Source: a virus
Lineage: Duplodnaviria; Caudoviricetes
Direction: 5' to 3' (one strand)
IMG/VR virus record: IMGVR_UViG_3300044724_000139
Location: 1 to 25,382 of that record
Length of the DNA stretch: 25,382 bases
Shown here: positions 1 through 7,628 of the stretch, piece by piece
Numbering within the stretch: the first letter of the stretch is position 1
Layout of the letters: every line of letters begins with the position of its first letter
The notes under the pieces: model-generated
The model's input: the letters and a program-made list of their open reading frames with translations, nothing else
What the model was told of the DNA's origin: nothing
Databases searched by the model: none
Made by a program: the position numbers and the translations under genes

Positions 1-1
1 T

Positions 2-151
2 TACTACATTGACCCAGCGCCTATCCTTTTCCCTAGCTATGAAGTTTGTAGTCAAGCAAAGGAGGTGTTACATGAACGGCTTATGGCTACCAGACCAACA
101 CCTGAAGCGCAGGTATTAACGTTTTGCACAGAAGTTCCAATGGGGGTATGA
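2..151 (+). CDS. Partial (5'-truncated) small hypothetical phage protein
   Basis: Not in the ORF track. Frame 2 is open from the window edge (YYIDPAPILFPSYEVCSQAKEVLHERLMATRPTPEAQVLTFCTEVPMGV) to TGA at 149-151, which overlaps the next ATG (ATGA coupling). Confidence 0.7.
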   Translation, partial: YYIDPAPILFPSYEVCSQAKEVLHERLMATRPTPEAQVLTFCTEVPMGV

Positions 152-597
152 TGCAACTTGAGCTTTTCAACACTGAAGAGATAGCAATAAAACTAAAACA
201 AGGAGAAGAAACTTTTTTCTGTAGAAGCTGTAAAAGAGATTTACCAGAGTATTGTTTTAACAACTTCGCACTTAAGCAGTTTAGAAAGAAGAAAGGCCAA
301 GAACAAACACAAGGTGCAGGAGGCGCTGTACACTGTAAGGAATGTCAAAGAGAGTACAACATAGGCAAGAGAAAGGCAGAAGCAAAAGCACCGCCTAGAC
401 CTACAGTACTTACACCGTGCCATTGCTGTGGTGTTATGACAGAACCTAAAAAACTACACCTTGATCATGACCATGATACTTTTGACTTTAGAGGTTGGCT
501 ATGCCGAAGGTGTAACGGAGGCTTAGGACAGCTAGGAGATAGCATAGAGGGGTTACAAAAAGCTTTAACATATTTGAAAGGTGTGTATGTCAAATAA
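148..597 (+). CDS. Endonuclease VII-family (His-Me finger) nuclease with N-terminal CxxC...CxxC zinc finger; resolvase or free-standing homing endonuclease
   Basis: C-terminal CHCC...LHLDHDHDT..FRGWLCRRCNGGLGQLGDS..GLQKALTYL fits the EndoVII signature (DHDH-x-RGxLCxxCN). N-terminal CRSC/HCKEC pair. Start moved from the track's 124 to ATG 148 (or 151), which overlaps the upstream stop and follows GGGGG. Confidence 0.88.
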   Translation: MMQLELFNTEEIAIKLKQGEETFFCRSCKRDLPEYCFNNFALKQFRKKKGQEQTQGAGGAVHCKECQREYNIGKRKAEAKAPPRPTVLTPCHCCGVMTEPKKLHLDHDHDTFDFRGWLCRRCNGGLGQLGDSIEGLQKALTYLKGVYVK

Positions 598-1303
598 TAT
601 AGAAGACTTCCCCGTAAAACCATCACGGTCCCGCCGTAAAACAAACTACAAAGGGGCCGCTAACAAAAAGACTTCTGGTCTTACACCAAAGACAGATAAA
701 CAGAAAGAGTTTCTTGAACATCTCAAGTCATACAATCAAGTGTTTGTACTTGGACCTGCAGGAACTGGTAAGACCTACGTCACAGCTACCTATGCAGCAG
801 ACTTGTACACACTCAAAGAGATTGACAAGATCGTTATCACACGCCCTCATGTAGCTGTAGGTAAGGACATTGGGTTCCTACCTGGTAGCTTAGAAGAGAA
901 GGTTTACCCTTGGGCTTTGCCTGTGCTCGACGTGTTAGAGAAACACTGGGGCAAAGGTACGTTAGAGACAGCCATCAAGAACAACAATGTAGAGATGGCT
1001 CCTTTAGCTTTGATGCGTGGGCGTAGTTTCGACAATGCGTTCATCATCGTAGACGAAACACAAAACATTACTACACATGAGCTTAAGATGTTGTTGACTC
1101 GTGTGGGTGAAGGTAGTACTATTGTGCTTAATGGTGACATACAACAGTCGGACCTAAAGGAAGGTGATGGTCTGTCTAAAGTTATTCACCTAGCAAAGAA
1201 ACACATGATACCAGTACCTGTTGTGGAGTTTGGTGTGGATGACATTATACGTAGTGACATCTGCGCACAATGGGTAAAGGTCTTTATGAAGGAAGGTATA
1301 TGA
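587..1303 (+). CDS. phoH: PhoH-family ATPase (phage auxiliary gene)
   Basis: Walker A GPAGTGKT, IVITRP, IGFLPG, RGRSF, Walker B IIVDETQN, GDIQQSD and terminal DIIRS are PhoH motifs. Likely start ATG 587 (MSNN) after AAAGGTG. Confidence 0.96.
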   Translation: MSNNIEDFPVKPSRSRRKTNYKGAANKKTSGLTPKTDKQKEFLEHLKSYNQVFVLGPAGTGKTYVTATYAADLYTLKEIDKIVITRPHVAVGKDIGFLPGSLEEKVYPWALPVLDVLEKHWGKGTLETAIKNNNVEMAPLALMRGRSFDNAFIIVDETQNITTHELKMLLTRVGEGSTIVLNGDIQQSDLKEGDGLSKVIHLAKKHMIPVPVVEFGVDDIIRSDICAQWVKVFMKEGI

Positions 1304-1506
1304 GTCTAGAGAAAGAAGCTGAAGCATTCATCTCTGGGAGACATAAACAGTTTAGGGCAGGGTTACAAGAAGGTGTCAGGAATCTACAACAATACATAGT
1401 GGATAACCTGCACAGCACAGAAGAGAAACACGAAGCACTGAAGAACTTAATAGAGGTGCAGATGTGGGCAGAACGAAGTGCAGCAATGCATGGTATAAAA
1501 AAGTAA
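1300..1506 (+). CDS. 68-aa helical protein with Acb2/Tad1-like hairpin motif (candidate anti-defence nucleotide sponge)
   Basis: ATG 1300 overlaps the phoH stop (ATGA) with AAGGAAGG upstream. C-terminal STEEKHEALKNLIEVQMWAERS resembles, from memory, the S-x-E-K-x-x-A-L-x-x-L-x-E-x-x-M-W-A pattern of Acb2/Tad1-like hairpin proteins. The CDS is well supported; the function is tentative. Confidence 0.55.
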   Translation: MSLEKEAEAFISGRHKQFRAGLQEGVRNLQQYIVDNLHSTEEKHEALKNLIEVQMWAERSAAMHGIKK

Positions 1507-1535
1507 AGGGGCCGCTTGGCCCCTCTCTTTATTTT
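1495..1535. terminator. Bidirectional rho-independent terminator between the convergent genome arms
   Basis: Stem AGGGGCC (1507-1513), loop GCTT, GGCCCCT (1518-1524). Followed by CTCTTTATTTT on + and preceded by an A-run (U-tract on -). Lies between stops at 1506 (+) and 1529 (-). Confidence 0.9.
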
Positions 1536-4500
1536 GTAACATATCCTGGTTTAAGATAGTCTTCTAAGTAATCAATGTAGTCCATGAAGAACTTCAACTC
1601 TTTGTATGTCATATCCGACACACTACCACTAAAGTTAAATCTATTCTTCATAGCATCCATTGCCTTAGCACGTAGTTGCTTATTGCCTGTCATGTTAGCC
1701 TTGCGGCGTAGTGCCATCAAGCGAGTCTTACCAGGCGCATCCTCGTTAGTGTATTCACGTACTTTGTTTTTAACTTCACGTAGCGTAGAGCGTAGCATTT
1801 CTTTGCGTACATCAGTGTCACCTTCAATGTAACGAGTGTCACGTATCAAGTTATCTGTGGCACGTTCAAGGATAGGTGCTAGATGCGAGTTAAACATCTT
1901 ATCATAATCAGCCATTTGGCTACGCTCACTTGCTGTCCACTCTGCCATGTTAGCTAATGAGTAAGCTTTCTCTGTGGCTGTACGCCCACGCTTAACTGTA
2001 ATACCAAAGATACGTGCTAGTGGGTTAGCATCATATATCTCACCTTTACGTGTAGCTACACGAAGTTGCTCACCTGTAACACCTTCGATGTTCTTATCAA
2101 ACACCTCTAAGATATTGTCAAAGTATTTGGTTGCACTCTGTGTGAATACACCTAGTCCTTCAGCCTGACGTACATCTTTAGCTGTGTCAGTCTCTGTGAT
2201 GTAGCCTGTAAGTTTATTCACTGCGTCTAACGGACGTGTGAAACCAGCAGCAAAGTTACCACCAGCTTTGTACAAACCTTTTAGTGAAGCTTCACGTGAT
2301 CCACCTTCCATGTTCAAGAAAGTATCAACAACATTGTTTAGATCGTTGCCAAACTGGAAGTCACGAGCTACCTGCCCAACAGCTAGTTGAGATGTAAGTT
2401 CAGTCATAAGGTCTTCACCTACTGTCTCACCTTTACGCATCAAGTTACCAACACGTCCAGCTACTAGCCATAATGAGAAGGGAAATGTGTTCTTCGCATC
2501 AACGATAGTACCACCACCTACATCAATCTCATTGTAAGCTAAGCCTTTCTTTTGACGCTCTTCATCATAGTGCATTGCCATCATCAAACCTGTAGTACCT
2601 ACTAGGCCACGAGACATAGCTTCGATGTCACTGATCTTAGTACCTGTGTTGTCGAACTGAGACTTAGCAATACGTGCTGCAGCATTGATCGAAGCGACAG
2701 GAGAGAACTGATACGTTGTAGCAATAACGTTGTTCATGAAGCGTCCAAACGGTAGTACTGTACCAAGCACAGGTGTGTTAGAGATAGTCTCAACAAACTT
2801 AGCTACACCACCTAAGAGTTGATCTTGGCCTGTGTAATCTTTTGAGTATACAGACTTGAGTGTAGTATCAAGAGCCATGCTAAGTACGCCATCATCAATG
2901 TCATCTAGTGTTCCTTCTGCTAGTACATCTTGAAGCGTTTTACCGTTCTTCTGCAGACGTAGTTGTTTATCCATTTCAGCCATGAACATCTGTGACTTGG
3001 TGAATGTGTCTTGCACCTTAACACCAGTTAGACGGTTCATAGCTTCAGTAACTTTCTCTGTACGATTAAACCACTTAGACTTCTCGTCTATACCAAAGCG
3101 TTTAGCACTACGTTCCACACCACCTGTAAAGCTTTCAAAGAGTACCTTGGATACATCTTCGTGTTGCTTAAGGAAAGACATGTATGCATCATGTGTAGTG
3201 AATGGGTCTAACATGTAGCGCATCTTCTCAGCTTGCATAGTCTTATACACACCAGCCATACGGCGTAGCTCTTTACCTTTAGCTGAGTTACCGTACCGTA
3301 GAGATGCAGCCATTAAACCTGTGGCACTAAACAGATCAGCTAAGCCTTGCCCTACGTAATACTGACCAAAGCCCATGACGTTGACAGCAGTAGTAGCAGG
3401 TGATGATACAAGCAATCTACGCCACACAGACTGACCGTACTGACCAATCTTTGCACGTCCTGCTTTAGCTTGTTCTTCAGCAATAGCTTCACTAATATCA
3501 CCACGCTTTGTGATGTCATCAATCATAGCAGTAGCATGAGCTAAGCCACCATCAATAGTCTTACGTGTCTGTGACATAACGTTAAGCATCTGTGCAGATG
3601 TACGAATGTCTTTAGCTAGCAGATCACCAAGAGAAATCTTAGCTTCGGATGTCTCACCTAGTGTAACACCAATAGTGTTCTGCAAACGTGTGTTGATAGC
3701 TGCTAGGTCTTCTTCAGGCATTTGACGTACAAGGTTTGTCATCACGTCCGACACAGTGTCGTTACGTCCTAGTGTCATCTTATTGTCTTTGAAGATTTTA
3801 GCTAAGCCACCCTTACCATCTTCGCCTAGCATGATGTCATGTACTAGATCAGCAGGTGTAACTTGGTTATCAAAGTTTGACTTACCACGTTTCCACTTTA
3901 CTTCCCATGAATCTACAGCATCTTTAACAGCCTTAGCTGCACGTTTAACTTCTTTGGGTGGTAGTGCAGCAGCTATCTCTTTCTCAACTTCTTGACGCAT
4001 AGCACCACGTTCAAGTTGTCCTTCGATACCTTCTAGCTTACTAGCACCACGAGCAGCACCAGCTACAAGTTGTGCGCCACCACCGACAACACCTAAGCCA
4101 AAACTAAACATGGATTGCAGGTTGCTATACTCTTCCTGTGCACCTACGTCTAGCATAACGTTTTGTATCTGGTAATCGTTAAGCACAGAGAACGTACCGT
4201 CTAGTGCAGTTGTACCATACAGGCTGTAGCGTCGAGCTTTCTTCTCTACACCTTCCATAGCACCACGTTCTGCAGACTCACGTAGTCCAGCTAAGAATAT
4301 CTCTTTCTCTTTAGCTGCAACGTTCTTGATAACACGATCAGCAGTCTTACCCTTAACGCCCTTCTCAGCTAGGCGAGTTACAGCACGATCTACAGCTTGG
4401 TCTACTAGCTTCTTTTGTGCAGCACTATCCATACCTTCACGTACAGCACGTTCACCTGCTTCTTGTGCAGCCTTACGCACGAGAGCTTTACCGCCCTGTG

Positions 4501-4996
4501 TTGTACCGTATGCAGCAGCTTTACCTAGACCACCAGTAAGTACACCTACATAGTTTGTTGGGTCTGCAGCAGCAGCAAAGATGTAATCCTTAACACCATC
4601 CATTGCACCATAGAAACCATCATTGACAAACACGTTGCCTAGATTGTCGTACAGTTGATAAGCATCACGTGCGATACGCTTTTGGTCATCATCAGCTTTA
4701 GAGATAAAACGTACTTCACCGCCTGTAGAGACTAGGTTACTGTTGAACCAACGCATGTGATCCACAAAGTCATCTACAACTTCATCAGCTTTCTTGTCTT
4801 TGTAGTCAACACCTTTACGCTGAATCATGTAAGTACGAATCTTGTTAAGGTTCTCATACTCTAACAGATCGTCTTTCTTTAATGAGCCACCACTAAGTAG
4901 CGGTTCATCATCGTCTTCTTGTGTGTCTACTTGAATAGCATCTTCTTCTTCGTCAGTATCTAAGGCAAAGTCAAAGTTGTATTTGTAATCAGCCAT
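1529..4996 (-). CDS. Large internal virion (ejection/core) protein, 1155 aa
   Basis: Last gene of the structural arm, helical Ala/Gly-rich, no cysteine, acidic N-terminus, Gly-rich hydrophobic patches. Position and size are analogous to T7 gp16-type ejection proteins. Confidence 0.75.
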   Translation of the reverse strand: MADYKYNFDFALDTDEEEDAIQVDTQEDDDEPLLSGGSLKKDDLLEYENLNKIRTYMIQRKGVDYKDKKADEVVDDFVDHMRWFNSNLVSTGGEVRFISKADDDQKRIARDAYQLYDNLGNVFVNDGFYGAMDGVKDYIFAAAADPTNYVGVLTGGLGKAAAYGTTQGGKALVRKAAQEAGERAVREGMDSAAQKKLVDQAVDRAVTRLAEKGVKGKTADRVIKNVAAKEKEIFLAGLRESAERGAMEGVEKKARRYSLYGTTALDGTFSVLNDYQIQNVMLDVGAQEEYSNLQSMFSFGLGVVGGGAQLVAGAARGASKLEGIEGQLERGAMRQEVEKEIAAALPPKEVKRAAKAVKDAVDSWEVKWKRGKSNFDNQVTPADLVHDIMLGEDGKGGLAKIFKDNKMTLGRNDTVSDVMTNLVRQMPEEDLAAINTRLQNTIGVTLGETSEAKISLGDLLAKDIRTSAQMLNVMSQTRKTIDGGLAHATAMIDDITKRGDISEAIAEEQAKAGRAKIGQYGQSVWRRLLVSSPATTAVNVMGFGQYYVGQGLADLFSATGLMAASLRYGNSAKGKELRRMAGVYKTMQAEKMRYMLDPFTTHDAYMSFLKQHEDVSKVLFESFTGGVERSAKRFGIDEKSKWFNRTEKVTEAMNRLTGVKVQDTFTKSQMFMAEMDKQLRLQKNGKTLQDVLAEGTLDDIDDGVLSMALDTTLKSVYSKDYTGQDQLLGGVAKFVETISNTPVLGTVLPFGRFMNNVIATTYQFSPVASINAAARIAKSQFDNTGTKISDIEAMSRGLVGTTGLMMAMHYDEERQKKGLAYNEIDVGGGTIVDAKNTFPFSLWLVAGRVGNLMRKGETVGEDLMTELTSQLAVGQVARDFQFGNDLNNVVDTFLNMEGGSREASLKGLYKAGGNFAAGFTRPLDAVNKLTGYITETDTAKDVRQAEGLGVFTQSATKYFDNILEVFDKNIEGVTGEQLRVATRKGEIYDANPLARIFGITVKRGRTATEKAYSLANMAEWTASERSQMADYDKMFNSHLAPILERATDNLIRDTRYIEGDTDVRKEMLRSTLREVKNKVREYTNEDAPGKTRLMALRRKANMTGNKQLRAKAMDAMKNRFNFSGSVSDMTYKELKFFMDYIDYLEDYLKPGYVTK

Positions 4997-4999
4997 GCG

Positions 5000-6601
5000 T
5001 TACTCCTGCGAAGCTCTTAGTGTCCCAACAACAAAACGTATCAAGAAGTTCATGTCAAACGGTAGTTGCTTTTTATTTTGTTCAGCCCAATCGCCAAGAC
5101 CTTCTGTTACACCCATGCTGCTAAGGCTATAACCACCATCCTTAATAAAGTCTAGGATGTCATCACCACTGTCCGTTAGTAGCTGTAGGTCCATTTCTGT
5201 AGCTTGGCCTGTTTCGATTAGCTCTTCTTGCTTTTCTTTAGATAGACCAAACTTCTTCTCAGCTTTTTGACGTACAGACTCTACTGGACCTTCAGCTTCT
5301 ACATCAGGTAGTTCAATAATACCTTCACGTACAATCTGCTGAACACCTGTTTTAGTTGTAGGAAGACCCGCAGCCTCACGTTCATCTGTGCTCATGGCTT
5401 CCCACTCTTCAAGTGTGATAGTGCCTCTTTCTATTTCAGGTGTAGCTTCTTGTACAGTAGGCATCATCAAACCTTGAGGTCTTTCTTCTTCAGCATCTTC
5501 ATCTTCGTCTGCTGTAACTGTAGGAACTTCTTCACCTTCAGGGGCTTGCATATCAGGTAGATCAAACATCTGTACATCAGGAGGTGTGGCCTCAGTAAGA
5601 TCATCTGTAGTTACTTCAGGTACAGGCTTACGCTGTGGTCCTGCTTCTTGCTCTTCGTCTTCCTCTGGTTCAAACGATAGGCTATCGACATATGCATCAC
5701 TTAAATAGTTACGCAAGAAACCTTGTGTTGCATCAACAAAGGTATCACCGTATGTAGAAACCATAGAGTCGATTGTAGGTTGTACGGACTTTAAGTATAG
5801 TGCATCAAGCTTCTCTTGCTCTGCAGCAATCTGCTCTGCTTTCTGTGTATCATCTAAGTCTTCACTAAACTTAATCTGCTCAATACGAGACTTAATAGTT
5901 GAGTACTCTGCTGAGTCTTCTACGTCATCAACTAAGCTAGTGAATGTACGAGAGAAGCTAGCCATGTCTGTAGCAGGGTTGAAGTACTTCACTTCGTTAA
6001 ACGTAATGAACGTACCTGGTACAAGGCTCTCATAGTCTGTTTGTGCAGCCATCTGGTTGATGTCATAGGCTGTAAGACCGTCTTGCATAACTTCACTATC
6101 TAGACGATAACGAGCTTCATCACGTAGCTTACGTCCACTAAGGCGATCCATAAGTGTACGCTCTGGTTTAGACTCTGTTGTCCCAGCGCCCTCGTAGCCT
6201 AGACCATATGTCTTTTTAATGAAGTCCTCTGTATCCATGTCAATCACAGAGAAGTTCTCAGGCATGTTGACTAGCGTTTCAATGTCATCACTGTTAAGCT
6301 TACGTCCGTAGATGTCACGAGCATTGTTAACTTTGTTAGCTAGATCAGCGATAGCCTTTGGTCCAGCAGACACAGCAGCTTGGATCACTGCTTGGCTAGC
6401 ACCATTGTCACGAAGCATGTTAGTGATGCTGATAACTTCATTAGCTACAGCGTTACGCTTAGAGATAGTGAGCTTGTTACGCTCAGCTAGTTCACGCTGA
6501 CGCTCTTCATAATCTTTAGCATCCTCTTTAGCCTCACGTATGTTCTTTACTTTTTGTTGTAAAAACCCTGTGGCGAATGCGCCCCAATCAAAACCCGCCA
6601 T
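5000..6601 (-). CDS. Putative internal virion protein, 533 aa
   Basis: N-terminal MAGFDWGAFATGF followed by coiled coil, a very acidic low-complexity C-terminal half, no cysteine, located in the ejection-protein block. Confidence 0.65.
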   Translation of the reverse strand: MAGFDWGAFATGFLQQKVKNIREAKEDAKDYEERQRELAERNKLTISKRNAVANEVISITNMLRDNGASQAVIQAAVSAGPKAIADLANKVNNARDIYGRKLNSDDIETLVNMPENFSVIDMDTEDFIKKTYGLGYEGAGTTESKPERTLMDRLSGRKLRDEARYRLDSEVMQDGLTAYDINQMAAQTDYESLVPGTFITFNEVKYFNPATDMASFSRTFTSLVDDVEDSAEYSTIKSRIEQIKFSEDLDDTQKAEQIAAEQEKLDALYLKSVQPTIDSMVSTYGDTFVDATQGFLRNYLSDAYVDSLSFEPEEDEEQEAGPQRKPVPEVTTDDLTEATPPDVQMFDLPDMQAPEGEEVPTVTADEDEDAEEERPQGLMMPTVQEATPEIERGTITLEEWEAMSTDEREAAGLPTTKTGVQQIVREGIIELPDVEAEGPVESVRQKAEKKFGLSKEKQEELIETGQATEMDLQLLTDSGDDILDFIKDGGYSLSSMGVTEGLGDWAEQNKKQLPFDMNFLIRFVVGTLRASQE

Positions 6602-6602
6602 C

Positions 6603-7172
6603 TTAAGACTCCTTAGACATCAAGCCCATGCCACCTTCTGCAGCACCAGCTTCCGCTTCTTCTTGTGTTTCCTCTCCCTCACCTGCAGTTGCTTGTTGTA
6701 TCTCTTGTAGTAGAGCCACACCAGGGTCATTCTCTGCAGTTCTCTCGTTTGCTTCTGCGTCAGCCATAGCAAGTTTGATACGCATCTCAAGACGTTTCTG
6801 CTCTCTAACAGATGGGTCTTTATTTGGATCGTATGGTTCATCACGTACTTCAATACCGTACTGGGTCATAGCTGCTTTAATGAATGCGTGGATAGCAGGT
6901 GCAGCTAGTGTACCAGCATCAAGTGTATGCCTACCAAACATTGTACCGCTAGTCATTAGTGTTTTAACAAATGAAGACACAGGCATATCAGCTTCAAACA
7001 TTACAGCTAAATCATCCATGACATCTTGGTTTGCTAATTTATTAACGTAGTACTTAACAACTTCCTCTACTTCAACCATTTGAGGTGGCTGCTCCCAAGG
7101 GTAGTTACCTGGGGTATCAGTTAAAGACTGACCAGGAATTGGACCTCTTAAAAAGTCTGCTGCTTCTGCCAT
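6603..7172 (-). CDS. Putative small internal virion protein, 189 aa
   Basis: PIPGQSLT..PG.YPWE.PP N-terminus, acidic tail ending GLMSKES, no cysteine, AAGGT SD-like element upstream. Confidence 0.6.
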   Translation of the reverse strand: MAEAADFLRGPIPGQSLTDTPGNYPWEQPPQMVEVEEVVKYYVNKLANQDVMDDLAVMFEADMPVSSFVKTLMTSGTMFGRHTLDAGTLAAPAIHAFIKAAMTQYGIEVRDEPYDPNKDPSVREQKRLEMRIKLAMADAEANERTAENDPGVALLQEIQQATAGEGEETQEEAEAGAAEGGMGLMSKES

Positions 7173-7184
7173 TTCATTTATACC

Positions 7185-7628
7185 TTATTTAGTGAAACCT
7201 GCGCCAAAGTAGAGTCCTACAATAGCTGATACGATATGTGTGTCTAGTGGAGTGATTACAAAGCCCTTAGCCATCTTCCACTGTATTGATTCTGCTGGTC
7301 CAAAGAGCCAAGCCATGGGTCCACCAGTAGCTTCAGTGTAACCTACATATACGCTGACATCAGGATACCATACAGCGACTAGCTTTGGCAAGACAATAAT
7401 AGAGAATACAGCAGATAAAGCTATAAGCCTACGTGTCCAAGCAAAGTGTTTGTCTGTCTTACCTGCATCACGTGCATCAGCTACAGCACTACGGTTAAAC
7501 TCTGCACGTTGCATGAGCATCTCGTTCTGCAACTGACGAGCTTTCATGGACTGCCCCCAGATAGACATAACCCCACCTAACACGGTGGAGAATAGCATTG
7601 TGATTAACTCTAGGGGTAAGCCGAACAT
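7185..7628 (-). CDS. Membrane protein, putative 3-TM holin-like lysis protein
   Basis: Three hydrophobic segments (LITMLFSTVLGGVMSIWG; LIALSAVFSIIVLPKLVAVW; IVSAIVGLYFG). WTRR before TM2 and GLYFG at the end resemble 3-TM (GTA-type) holins. Translationally coupled (TAATG) to the lysozyme-domain gene. Confidence 0.55.
   Translation of the reverse strand: MFGLPLELITMLFSTVLGGVMSIWGQSMKARQLQNEMLMQRAEFNRSAVADARDAGKTDKHFAWTRRLIALSAVFSIIVLPKLVAVWYPDVSVYVGYTEATGGPMAWLFGPAESIQWKMAKGFVITPLDTHIVSAIVGLYFGAGFTK

Noticed and set aside
124-147. ORF-track starts at 124, 581, 1270 and 25317
   Set aside because: Better starts with SD or stop-start coupling exist at 148/151, 587 and 1300, and the capsid frame continues past the window edge.
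1529-4996. Virion RNA polymerase (N4- or crAss-like) as the identity of the 1155-aa protein
   Set aside because: It is much shorter than those enzymes and no polymerase catalytic motif (DxDGD/DFDID or T7-like motifs A/B/C) was recognised.
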